DNA from: Thermithiobacillus tepidarius DSM 3134
GTDB taxonomy: Bacteria; Pseudomonadota; Gammaproteobacteria; Acidithiobacillales; Thermithiobacillaceae
Length of the DNA: 32,000 nucleotides
NCBI RefSeq assembly: GCF_048300925.1
Contig: NZ_CP133759.1
Direction: 5' to 3' (one strand)
The position numbers were made by a program, and so were the translations under genes. Under the pieces are notes generated by a model, which worked only from the letters and a program-made list of their open reading frames with translations, had not been told where the DNA came from and did not search any database. Below, in pieces: positions 8,401 through 16,538 of this stretch. Within the stretch, counting starts at the first letter, position 1, and the number at the start of each line of letters is the position of its first letter.

Positions 8401-8685
8401 CTAGTGGCTGTAGCGGCGGTTCAGGAAGTAGAGCACGGACAAAAAGCCCAAGGCCAGCATGACGGAGTCCAGGTTGGGGTGGCGCGCCGGATGGGCTTCC
8501 TCCTCGGCCAGCAACCTGCTCAAGTCGGCTGCATCGGCTGCGCCCAGCGGAGTGCCAGACGCGCTGGCCAGCAGCGGGATGCTTTGCGGAGCCTGCGCCA
8601 AGGCGGTCAGCGGCATGGCTGCAAGCAGTATGGCGCAAAGGAACAGCAGAGCAAACAGGCTTCCCTTTGGAAGACGGTTTTCCAT
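8401..8685 (-). CDS. small secreted protein with a C-terminal hydrophobic anchor and basic tail (94 aa)
   Basis: SD is aaagggga-N5-ATG. The N-terminal signal peptide is LFALLFLCAILLAAMPLTALA/QA. The C-terminus is SVMLALGFLSVLYFLNRRYSH. I chose the start at the internal ATG (8685) rather than the track's 8712. Confidence 0.55.
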   Translation of the reverse strand: MENRLPKGSLFALLFLCAILLAAMPLTALAQAPQSIPLLASASGTPLGAADAADLSRLLAEEEAHPARHPNLDSVMLALGFLSVLYFLNRRYSH

Positions 8686-8918
8686 GTTTTTCCCCTTTGT
8701 GAGTTGATCCAAGCTTGGTGCGCTTTGCGGCCTTCAGATGCCGGCGCTGTTATGTTGACGCGGTGCAGCACTGAGTCGCTTTAAGTTCTCCCCGAGGCAA
8801 GTGTATGCCTTCCGGGAGGCGTGGCCATGAGGCCTTGGTCTGATTGGCAGGGGAGGTGCTGAATGCCGGGCCGACAGGCTGGGACTGGCGCCGGATTTCG
8901 CCCGGCTGCTCCCTGGTC

Positions 8919-9497
8919 TCAGCTCTCGTCATCCTTTTTCGGCGCCTGCTTGAGCCGGGCCAGCTCAGCCAGCATGCGCTCCTGCTCCGCGAAGGAGGGC
9001 GCGCGCTTGCCGGCCCCGTATCGGGTTTTGTCGGGCTCCTTGCCCTGGTTGACGGGCACATGGCCCGCCTGCTCCCGTTCCTTGGTGGACACATAGTCAT
9101 GCAGGCCCTGGTCGTAATCCGCGTAGCGTCCCTGGTAGCCAGGCGGGGCCGGAGGGGCGCTCTTGCTGAGCCACAGGGTCTTTCGCAGCTCCTTGTTGAG
9201 CTGGGAGATGCGGTCGGCGATGCGGCTGAGATCGTAGAGGGCCGCAGCCGCCATGGCTCCGAGCAGCACGGCGCCGGGCAGCGGCCAGCCTGCCGCGAAC
9301 AGGCCCAATGCCGCAGCGCTGGCTGCGGGGTAGAGCCAGAACCAGGGTTCCTTCAGATACCAGCGGTGCAGCCCCAGAGGGAACAGCAGCCACAGGGCGT
9401 AGGCCACGGCGGGCTTGCGTTGGGCGCGCAGTAGGCGCAGCTGCAGCGATTGCAGGCCGCCGCCTTCCAGATCCATTTTCTTCCATGTCTTGGTCAT
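8919..9497 (-). CDS. TM2 domain-containing membrane protein
   Basis: VAYALWLLFPLGLHRWYLKE followed by a second TM segment matches the TM2-domain pattern (..LG.HRFYLG.). The tail is hydrophilic and Lys/Glu-rich. Confidence 0.6.
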   Translation of the reverse strand: MTKTWKKMDLEGGGLQSLQLRLLRAQRKPAVAYALWLLFPLGLHRWYLKEPWFWLYPAASAAALGLFAAGWPLPGAVLLGAMAAAALYDLSRIADRISQLNKELRKTLWLSKSAPPAPPGYQGRYADYDQGLHDYVSTKEREQAGHVPVNQGKEPDKTRYGAGKRAPSFAEQERMLAELARLKQAPKKDDES

Positions 9498-9522
9498 GGC
9501 TCATACCTTCGTTGAATGCGGT

Positions 9523-9540
9523 ATTAAACCGTTTGATAAT
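9523..9540. promoter_or_regulatory. candidate LysR-type (T-N11-A-like) imperfect dyad in a divergent promoter region
   Basis: ATTAAACCGTTTGATAAT is AT-rich with partial dyad symmetry (AAAC/GTTT core). It lies ~70 nt upstream of the LysR start, between divergent genes. Confidence 0.25.
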
Positions 9541-9608
9541 GTTCTGGTCTAAGTTTATTGTTGTAAGCAGTCTGCGCCTGCGCGCAAGGGGCCAACCGGG
9601 AATCGCAA

Positions 9609-10520
9609 ATGGCTGACAGAAGATTGCAAGTCTTTCACACCGTGGCCCGCCTGTTGAGCTTCACCAAGGCGGCCGAAATCCTGCACATGACGCAGCCGGC
9701 TGTCACCTTCCAGATCAAACAGCTGGAGGAGCAGTTTAACACACGTCTGTTTGACCGTACCCACAACCGCATCAGCCTGACCGAGGCGGGCACCATCGTT
9801 TTCGAGTACGCGGAGCGCATCCTCAATCTCTACAGCGAGCTGCAGAACCGGGTGGGCGAAATGACCGGGGACGTGCGCGGCGTGCTCCTGCTGGGCGCGA
9901 GCACCACCATTGCCGAGTACATGCTGCCGCGCGTGCTGGGGGACTTCAAGGAGCGCTACCCTGAGGTGCAGGTGCGCATGCACGTGGCCAATACCGACCG
10001 CATCGTGAGCATGGTGGAAGACAACACCATCGATTTGGGCGTGGTGGAAGCGGCGGTCAGCAACAAGAGCCTGGCCGTGCGCAAGTGCTGCATGGACCAG
10101 ATGGTGGCCATTTTCCCGCCGACCCATTTTCTGGCGCAGCAAAGCAGCGTGAGGGCGGCGGATCTGCTCAATTACGCCTTCGTATCGCGCGAAGAGGGGT
10201 CCGGCACGCGGGAAGTCACCAACGAGTATCTGGCCGCCGCCGGCCTGGACCCCAACGACCTCAACATCACCATGGAGCTGGGCAGCCCCGAGTCCGTCAA
10301 GGGCGCCGTGGAAGGCGGGCTGGGCATTTCCGTGGTGTCGGAAGCGACGGTGCGCAAGGAGATCGCCCTGGGCACGCTGGTGGCGATACCGCTGGAGCCG
10401 CCCCTGGCCCGGCCCTTCCTGTTCGTGTATCAGAAGCAGAAGTTCCGCAGCCATGTGATGGACGAGTTTCTGGAATTCGCCAAGGAGCGCTGCGGCGACG
10501 AGTGGGTCTTCCCGTCCTAA
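9609..10520 (+). CDS. LysR-family transcriptional regulator
   Basis: The N-terminal wHTH is LQVFHTVARLLSFTKAAEILHMTQPAVTFQIKQLEEQFNTRLFDR. The ~300-aa length and a C-terminal substrate-binding-type domain also fit. Confidence 0.9.
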   Translation: MADRRLQVFHTVARLLSFTKAAEILHMTQPAVTFQIKQLEEQFNTRLFDRTHNRISLTEAGTIVFEYAERILNLYSELQNRVGEMTGDVRGVLLLGASTTIAEYMLPRVLGDFKERYPEVQVRMHVANTDRIVSMVEDNTIDLGVVEAAVSNKSLAVRKCCMDQMVAIFPPTHFLAQQSSVRAADLLNYAFVSREEGSGTREVTNEYLAAAGLDPNDLNITMELGSPESVKGAVEGGLGISVVSEATVRKEIALGTLVAIPLEPPLARPFLFVYQKQKFRSHVMDEFLEFAKERCGDEWVFPS

Positions 10521-10549
10521 CGGACGTTTCCTTATTGCAGGAGTCGGGT

Positions 10550-11290
10550 GTGAAGCGATTTGCCGTGGTGCAGCACAGCTATTCCGAATTTCTGGGCCTG
10601 ATCGAAACCCAGCTTGAGAAGCGCGACATCGGCTTCATCTACTTCCGGCCTTTCCTGGGCCAGGATCTGCCGGGCAGCGGCCTGCAATTCGATGCCCTCT
10701 TCCTGCTGGGCGGGCCCATGTCGCCGCTGGATAGCGGGCAGCATGCCTGGCTGCAGGACGAGATCCGCGTGATCGGCGCTTTCCGCCAAGCCAGGCGTCC
10801 CATCGTCGGCATCGGCATGGGCGCCATGCTGATGGCGGCTTACGAGGGGGCGCAGCTGAGCGCGGAGCCCGCCATCAACGCCTACTGGACCACGGCGCAC
10901 AAGACCCGCACCGGAGAGGGGGATCCCCTGGCCGAGGCAGTGGATGGTGAGCCCGTGCTGGTGTGGGCGCCGGGACAGGCGATCCTGCCGCCGGGCATGG
11001 AACCGATCCTGGTGGACGACGCCGGCCGCTGGATCGCCTTCCGCCCCGACGCCCAGAGCATCGGCATGCTGTTTCGGCCGGAAATGAAGCCGGGCATGAT
11101 CGAGGACATCCTCATGGAGGAGGACCGCGAAGTGCCCGAGAATGTCGGTGAGCTCATGGAACGCATGCGCGAGCTGTGGCCGCAGATGCAGCGCCAGACC
11201 GACAAGGTGGTGGTGGCGCTGGTGAGCAGCCTGCAGCTGATGCAGGAGCGCCACAAGCCGCCCGTGTTCAGCCTGAAGGTGGAGCAATGA
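10550..11290 (+). CDS. class I glutamine amidotransferase-like protein, apparently lacking the catalytic Cys and His
   Basis: GTG start has SD caggag-N6. It is colinear with the GATase1 pattern (FAVVQH...FDALFLLGGPMS...). The nucleophile-elbow position reads GIGMGAM instead of GICxGxQ, and the HPE position reads FRPE. The track ORF (10085..) overlaps the LysR gene in another frame. Confidence 0.6.
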   Translation: MKRFAVVQHSYSEFLGLIETQLEKRDIGFIYFRPFLGQDLPGSGLQFDALFLLGGPMSPLDSGQHAWLQDEIRVIGAFRQARRPIVGIGMGAMLMAAYEGAQLSAEPAINAYWTTAHKTRTGEGDPLAEAVDGEPVLVWAPGQAILPPGMEPILVDDAGRWIAFRPDAQSIGMLFRPEMKPGMIEDILMEEDREVPENVGELMERMRELWPQMQRQTDKVVVALVSSLQLMQERHKPPVFSLKVEQ

Positions 11291-11670
11291 CCGAAGTTGA
11301 GAAAAGACTGCTGCTGATCCTGGCGGATCTCGGCGAGACCGAACAGCGGAGCCTGCTGGATTTCGCGGAGTTTCTGGCGAGCCGGGCCGGTGCGGTGCGG
11401 GCTTTGCCCGCACCCCGGACGCGGGAGCCGGCGCAACCGGATCTGCTCCCGCGTCCCGAGCAGGAAACGGTGGTGGGCGCCATCAAGCGGCTGCGCCAGA
11501 GCTATCCCATGCTGGACCGGCGCAAGCTCCTGAACGAGACCTCCGCGGCCATGTCCAAGCATGCCATCGGCGGCGTCAAGGCGGAGATCGTCATCGACGA
11601 ACTCGAGGAGGTCTTCGCCCGTCATTACACTCTTTACTGCGAAACCTTCTACAGCGCCTCCGACGCGTAG
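11287..11670 (+). CDS. hypothetical protein (127 aa); the N-terminus resembles DUF2281-type helices
   Basis: Its ATG overlaps the upstream stop (ATGA), which suggests translational coupling. LLDFAEFLASR is reminiscent of DUF2281 from memory, unverified. The 3' end overlaps the convergent phoH2 gene by 22 nt. Confidence 0.5.
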   Translation: MTEVEKRLLLILADLGETEQRSLLDFAEFLASRAGAVRALPAPRTREPAQPDLLPRPEQETVVGAIKRLRQSYPMLDRRKLLNETSAAMSKHAIGGVKAEIVIDELEEVFARHYTLYCETFYSASDA

Positions 11671-13034
11671 TCCGCCAGGCGCGAGCGTTCGCCGCGGCGC
11701 AGGGTGATGTGGCCGCTGTGGGGCCAGTCCTTGAAGCGGTCCACCACGTAGGTCAGGCCCGAGGTGGTTTCCGTCAGGTAAGGCGTATCGATCTGGGCGA
11801 TGTTGCCCAGGCAGACGATCTTGGTTTCCGGGCCGGCGCGGGTGACCAGGGTCTTCATCTGCTTGGGAGTCAGATTCTGGGCCTCGTCGATGATGACGAA
11901 CTTGTTCAGGAAGGTGCGCCCGCGCATGAAGCTCAGGGACTTGACCCGGATGCGCTTGCTCAGCAGGTCCTGAGTAGCCTGCCGACCCCAGACCCCGCCG
12001 TCGCCGCTCTGCCCCAGGATCTCCAGGTTGTCCTCCAGCGCGCCCATCCACGGCATCATCTTTTCCTCCTCGGTGCCGGGCAGGTAGCCGATGTCCTCGC
12101 CCACCGGCACGGTGGCGCGGGTGATGATGATCTCGTTGTAGCGCTTCTCGTCCATGATCTGGTGCAGAGCCGCGGCCAGGGTCAGCAGGGTCTTGCCGGT
12201 GCCGGCCTGGCCGAGGATGGACACGAAGTCGATCTCCGGATCCATGAGCATGTTCAGGGCGAAATTCTGCTCCCGGTTGCGGGCGTTGATGCCCCACACG
12301 CTGTGGCGGCTCTGGGTGTAATCCCGGGCGCGCTCGATGATGGCGGCGTTGGGCTCCACCTCGCGGACGATGAAGTTGAAGTCCGGGTCGTCCTCCAGGT
12401 AGAGGAACTGATTGGGATGCCACTGCCGGGTCAGCGGTCCGGTGATGCGATAGAAGGTGCGGCCTTCCTCGCGCCAGGCGGCCACTTCCTTCTCGTGGTT
12501 TTCCCAGAAGTCGGCCGGCACGGCGCACACGCCCGTGTAGAGCAGGTCGGCGTCCTCCAGAGCCTGGTCGGTGGTGTAGTCCTCCACCCGCAGGCCCAGG
12601 GTGCGGCCCTTGATGCGCAGGTTGATGTCCTTGCTGACCAGGATCACGTCACGGTCGGGATGCTGCTCGCGCAAATCCAGCGTGATGGCCAGGATCTGGT
12701 TGTCCACCTTGCCGCCGGCCATGTTGCTCGGCAGTGTGTGGGTGTGGGCGATGGTCTGAAAGTAGAGCCGGCCCTCGGCATGGGGCAGGGGCAGGCCGGT
12801 GTCGATGTCGGCCGTGCTGCCCAGGAGTTCGTCGAGATAGCGGCTGACCTGACGCACGTTGCGGGCGGTTTCGGTCAGGCCCTTCTTGTGGGCATCCAGC
12901 TCCTCCAGGACCACCATGGGCAGCAGGATGTCGTGCTCCTGAAAGCGGAACAGGGCGCTCGGATCGTGCATCAGCACGTTGGTGTCCAGGACGTAGAGTC
13001 TTTTGCGGCTGGCGTCGGGGGAGTCGGATTGCAT
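11649..13034 (-). CDS. PIN domain + PhoH-like ATPase (PhoH2/YlaK type)
   Basis: The N-terminal PIN domain is LYVLDTNVLMHDP...VVLEELD. The PhoH P-loop is LGQAGTGKTLL and the DEAQ-type box is IIDEAQN. I chose the start at ATG 13034 (MQSDSPD...). Confidence 0.85.
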   Translation of the reverse strand: MQSDSPDASRKRLYVLDTNVLMHDPSALFRFQEHDILLPMVVLEELDAHKKGLTETARNVRQVSRYLDELLGSTADIDTGLPLPHAEGRLYFQTIAHTHTLPSNMAGGKVDNQILAITLDLREQHPDRDVILVSKDINLRIKGRTLGLRVEDYTTDQALEDADLLYTGVCAVPADFWENHEKEVAAWREEGRTFYRITGPLTRQWHPNQFLYLEDDPDFNFIVREVEPNAAIIERARDYTQSRHSVWGINARNREQNFALNMLMDPEIDFVSILGQAGTGKTLLTLAAALHQIMDEKRYNEIIITRATVPVGEDIGYLPGTEEEKMMPWMGALEDNLEILGQSGDGGVWGRQATQDLLSKRIRVKSLSFMRGRTFLNKFVIIDEAQNLTPKQMKTLVTRAGPETKIVCLGNIAQIDTPYLTETTSGLTYVVDRFKDWPHSGHITLRRGERSRLADYASEAL

Positions 13035-13062
13035 GATGTCTGCCCTGTACTTGGAATGATCG

Positions 13063-13539
13063 CTAGGGAAGCCGCTTGACGAGATCCAGCATGGCGGCGG
13101 CGTGGCCATCCACCTTGACCTTGCGCTCCACGTGGGCCAGGCGGCCGTCGCGGTCGATGACGAAGGTGCTGCGCTCGATGCCCATGACCTTTTTGCCGTA
13201 CATGTTCTTTTCCTTGATCACGTCGTAGGCGCGGCATGCGGTTTCGTCGACGTCAGCCAGGAGCGGAAAGGGGAAGCCGTATTTTTCAGCGAACTTGCAG
13301 TGGGACTGGATGGTGTCGCGGGAGATGCCCAGCACCTCGGCGTCGGCGCCTTGGAACTCCGGGTACAAGGCGGCGAAATCGCGCCCTTCGGTGGTGCAGC
13401 CGGGGGTGTCGTCCTTGGGATAGAAGTACAGCACTATCTTCCGGCCGCGCAGGTCGGCAAGGCGGATCTGGCGCCCGTCATGGGCGGGCAAGGTGAAATC
13501 CGGTGCGGCGGCGCCGGTTTGCAAAGCGGTGTCGTTCAT
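13063..13539 (-). CDS. bcp: thiol peroxidase Bcp (peroxiredoxin, thioredoxin-dependent)
   Basis: APDFTLPAHDG...VLYFYPKDDTPGCTTE is the Prx active site. SD is ggagggga-ATG. The 359-aa track ORF is a read-through extension antisense to dapA. Confidence 0.85.
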   Translation of the reverse strand: MNDTALQTGAAAPDFTLPAHDGRQIRLADLRGRKIVLYFYPKDDTPGCTTEGRDFAALYPEFQGADAEVLGISRDTIQSHCKFAEKYGFPFPLLADVDETACRAYDVIKEKNMYGKKVMGIERSTFVIDRDGRLAHVERKVKVDGHAAAMLDLVKRLP

Positions 13540-13710
13540 TTCCCCTCCATGTTGTCGCAAGCTCCACAAGTTCCAAGTTAGCCAGCCGCACCGCCCTTGT
13601 CCAGCCCCGGAAGGCCGGCGGATCGGGGCCGATTGCGGGAATTGCCTTGCCAAATCGGGGTAAGGCTCAGTACCATTGCTCTTCATTTGCGACTGGTGGA
13701 GATGCGCTTT

Positions 13711-14586
13711 ATGTTCCAAGGCAGTATGGTTGCCCTGGTGACGCCCATGCAGGACGACGGCACCCTCGACGAGGTCCGTCTGCGCGAGCTGGTGGAGTGG
13801 CACCTGTCCGAGGGCACGGATGCCATCGTGGCCGTGGGAACGACCGGCGAATCCGCCACGCTGAACGAGACGGAACACCTGCGCGCCATCCAGATCGTGG
13901 TGGAACAGGTGCGTGAGCGGGCGCCGGTGATTGCCGGCACTGGGGCCAACGCCACCAGCGAGGCCATCGCGCTCACCACGGCGGCGGCGGAGCTGGGGGC
14001 CGACGCAGCCCTGCTGGTCACCCCCTACTACAACAAGCCGACCCAGGAAGGCCTGTTTCAGCATTATCGCGCCATTGCCCAGGCCTGCCCCCTGCCGCAG
14101 ATCCTCTACAACGTGCCTGGGCGCACCGGCTGCGATCTGCAACCCGCCACCATCGAACGCCTGGCCGCGATTCCCAATATCATCGGGGTCAAGGAGGCCA
14201 CCGGCAACATCACCCGCGCCGAGGAGATCCTGGCCCGCTGCGGCGGGCGCATGGACGTCTATGCCGGCGACGATGCGTCAGCCTTGGCGCTGATGCTGCT
14301 GGGTGCCAAGGGCGTCATCTCCGTCACCGCCAACGTGGCGCCGGGCGACATGGCGCGCATGTGCCGCGCGGCACGCGAGGGCGACCTGGCGACGGCGCGC
14401 ACCCTCAACGACAAGCTGCTGCCCCTGCACGTGGATCTCTTCCTTGAATCCAATCCCATCCCTGTCAAATGGGCGTTGGCGGAGATGGGCCGCATCGGCC
14501 CGATGCTGCGCCTGCCCCTGACCCCGCTCAGCGAAAGCTTGCGGCCCCAGCTCTTGGCGTCCATGCGCCAGGCGGGCTGCCTGTGA
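13711..14586 (+). CDS. dapA: 4-hydroxy-tetrahydrodipicolinate synthase
   Basis: MFQGSMVALVTPM...GTDAIVAVGTTGESATL...YNKPTQEGL...YNVPGRT...GVKEATG. The start is ATG 13711, with ggtggag upstream. Confidence 0.9.
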   Translation: MFQGSMVALVTPMQDDGTLDEVRLRELVEWHLSEGTDAIVAVGTTGESATLNETEHLRAIQIVVEQVRERAPVIAGTGANATSEAIALTTAAAELGADAALLVTPYYNKPTQEGLFQHYRAIAQACPLPQILYNVPGRTGCDLQPATIERLAAIPNIIGVKEATGNITRAEEILARCGGRMDVYAGDDASALALMLLGAKGVISVTANVAPGDMARMCRAAREGDLATARTLNDKLLPLHVDLFLESNPIPVKWALAEMGRIGPMLRLPLTPLSESLRPQLLASMRQAGCL

Positions 14587-14618
14587 TTTTGCCGATTCCA
14601 GTCCGGAGATCGAAACCC

Positions 14619-15758
14619 ATGTCGCGTTGGATCATCGTTGCCGCCTCGTCGGCGTTCCTGCTGGCCGGCTGCCAGTATTTGCCTTTCACGGGAGATAAGA
14701 GCGGGCCCAAGTACAATGACGCCAAGACTCTGCCCCCCCTGGAAGTGCCGCCGGATCTCCTGGCCGCGCCGGTCCAGCCGGGATTGCAGATCCCGCCCGC
14801 CAGGGCGGCGGCACCGGCGGGGGGCAGCCCTGCCAGTCCGGCGCCCGCCAGTCCGGCCGGTTTCGCCGTGTCCGAACGCGGTCGCGATGTGCCGTCCGCC
14901 GCGCCGGCCGCAACGCAGCCGGCAACAGTCGCCGCCAGTACGCTGACGGACAGCGGTGCGGCCTCCACTCTGCGCGTCCAGATGCCTGCCGCCGTGCTGT
15001 GGCCGGTGGTGCGGACGGCCCTGCAGAAGGAGGGCTTCACGGTGGCCAGTCTGGACGAGCAGGCCGGCGTGCTGGAAACGGATTGGCAGGGGCAGCGTAC
15101 TGGCTTGAGCGCTCTGCTCGGATCGGCCGTGGCCCCGAACGCGCGGGAAAAATACATCGTGATCATGCGCGGCGAAGCGGATGGCAGCCAGGTGCTGAGC
15201 GCGCGGCAGATCCGCCAGGACAGCGATCCGCAGACGACCGGCGAGGCCTGGACCGAGGCGCAACCCGATGCCAAGGCGGTGGTGGCCCTGCTGAAGTCCA
15301 TCCAGGAGAGCATCGAGCAGGGTGGCAAGCAGGCCGCTCTGCCATCCATGAAAGTGGAGCGCCTGCGCGATCAGCAGGGCAGCTATCTGGTGTTGAGCCT
15401 GCCGCCGGAGCAGGCCCAGGCGCGGGTGGAAGAAACCCTCAAGGGTTTGGGCTATCAGGCCGTGGCCGGCCAGCGCCCGGGCGAGTTCGTCGTCACCGCG
15501 TCGGCGGAGCAGGCGCAGAAGAAAAAGGGCATCCTTGCGGACATCTGGTCGCAATTGAGCGAGGGCGTGCGCGGCGCTTTCCGCAGCGATGACAAGGCCA
15601 AGGCGGCGCAAGTGCAGATGCGCGTGCGCCTGTCCCGCGATGCCCAAGGCCCGGGCAGCGTGTTGGAGGTGCTGCCGGTTGACCAGGGCGCCCAGGGCGC
15701 GGTGGAGCGCCTGCTGCAGCAGTTGGCCGAGCGTCTGGGCGGCCGTTCGGCCGCCTGA
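14619..15758 (+). CDS. bamC: outer-membrane protein assembly lipoprotein BamC (NlpB)
   Basis: The lipobox is FLLAGC. It has an N-terminal LEVPPDL segment and a Pro/Ala-rich linker. It lies directly downstream of dapA, as in the classical dapA-nlpB arrangement. Confidence 0.7.
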   Translation: MSRWIIVAASSAFLLAGCQYLPFTGDKSGPKYNDAKTLPPLEVPPDLLAAPVQPGLQIPPARAAAPAGGSPASPAPASPAGFAVSERGRDVPSAAPAATQPATVAASTLTDSGAASTLRVQMPAAVLWPVVRTALQKEGFTVASLDEQAGVLETDWQGQRTGLSALLGSAVAPNAREKYIVIMRGEADGSQVLSARQIRQDSDPQTTGEAWTEAQPDAKAVVALLKSIQESIEQGGKQAALPSMKVERLRDQQGSYLVLSLPPEQAQARVEETLKGLGYQAVAGQRPGEFVVTASAEQAQKKKGILADIWSQLSEGVRGAFRSDDKAKAAQVQMRVRLSRDAQGPGSVLEVLPVDQGAQGAVERLLQQLAERLGGRSAA

Positions 15759-15759
15759 G

Positions 15760-16527
15760 ATGGCCGTGCGCTTCGCCTGTCTGGGAAGCGGCAGCGGCGG
15801 CAATGCCTGGGTGGTGGCCAGCGGCAGCACCCGCGTGCTGCTGGACGCCGGTTTTTTCGGGCAGGAAACCGCTTGGCGCCTGGGGCGATTGGGCCTGTCG
15901 CCGGCGGACCTGGATGCCGTGATCCTGACCCACGAGCATGGCGATCACGTGCGCGGGGCCGGCGTGCTGGCGCGGCGCTTCCGCCTGCCCGTGTGGTCGA
16001 CTGCCGGCACCGCGCGCGCCGTGGCGCGCCTGGGGCCTTTTCCCGAGTTGCACGCCTTCCGGGCGGGTGCGCCCATCGTCTTGGGCGACTTGCGCCTGGA
16101 CCCCTTTGCAGTCCTGCACGACGCCGCCGAACCGTGCGCTTTTGTGGTTTCCGACGGCGATCGCCGCTTGGGCTTGGCCACCGACCTGGGCTGCGTCACC
16201 CCGCCGGTGGAAGCCGCCCTGGCGGCCTGCCACGCTTTGGTGCTGGAGTGCAATCATGATCCGGACATGCTGCGGACCGGGCCCTATCCGGCCAGCCTGA
16301 AGCAGCGGGTCGGTGGCGCCTACGGGCACCTGTCCAACGCCCAGGGCGCGGCGCTGCTGGGTGCATTGCGGCATGGGCATCTGGGGACGGTGGTCGCCGC
16401 CCATCTGAGCGCCAAGAATAATCGGCCGGCCCTGGCGCAGGGGGCCTTGGCCCAGGTGCTGGGCTGCGCGCCCGCAGAGGTGCGCGTTGCGGATCAGCAC
16501 CAAGGACTGGATTGGCATACTGTTTAG
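15760..16527 (+). CDS. MBL-fold metallo-hydrolase (YycJ/PhnP-like)
   Basis: LTHEHGDHVRG is the HxHxDH motif. GSGSGGNA is present near the N-terminus and HLS near the C-terminus. It starts 1 nt after the bamC stop. Confidence 0.8.
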   Translation: MAVRFACLGSGSGGNAWVVASGSTRVLLDAGFFGQETAWRLGRLGLSPADLDAVILTHEHGDHVRGAGVLARRFRLPVWSTAGTARAVARLGPFPELHAFRAGAPIVLGDLRLDPFAVLHDAAEPCAFVVSDGDRRLGLATDLGCVTPPVEAALAACHALVLECNHDPDMLRTGPYPASLKQRVGGAYGHLSNAQGAALLGALRHGHLGTVVAAHLSAKNNRPALAQGALAQVLGCAPAEVRVADQHQGLDWHTV

Positions 16528-16538
16528 AAGGTTGAGAC

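Noticed and set aside
7316-8638. 440-aa minus-strand ORF and the 371-aa plus-strand ORF at 7669-8784
   Set aside because: They are antisense to, or out of frame with, the aldo/keto reductase. The AKR frame carries the family motifs and these ORFs do not.
10085-10549. N-terminal 155 codons of the 401-aa track ORF
   Set aside because: This part overlaps the LysR gene in another frame and has shadow composition. The GATase-like homology begins at the GTG at 10550, which has an SD.
10882-13079. 548-aa minus ORF (10882-12528) and 456-aa plus ORF (11709-13079)
   Set aside because: They are out of frame with or antisense to the GATase-like and PhoH2 genes. Only the PhoH2 frame contains the PIN and P-loop motifs.
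13540-14142. Upstream two-thirds of the 359-aa minus ORF that contains bcp
   Set aside because: Peroxiredoxin homology and the SD both begin at ATG 13539. The remainder is antisense to dapA.
14259-16518. Minus-strand ORFs of 523 aa and 341 aa
   Set aside because: They are antisense to bamC and the MBL hydrolase. They are Arg/Gly/Pro/Ala-rich shadows.
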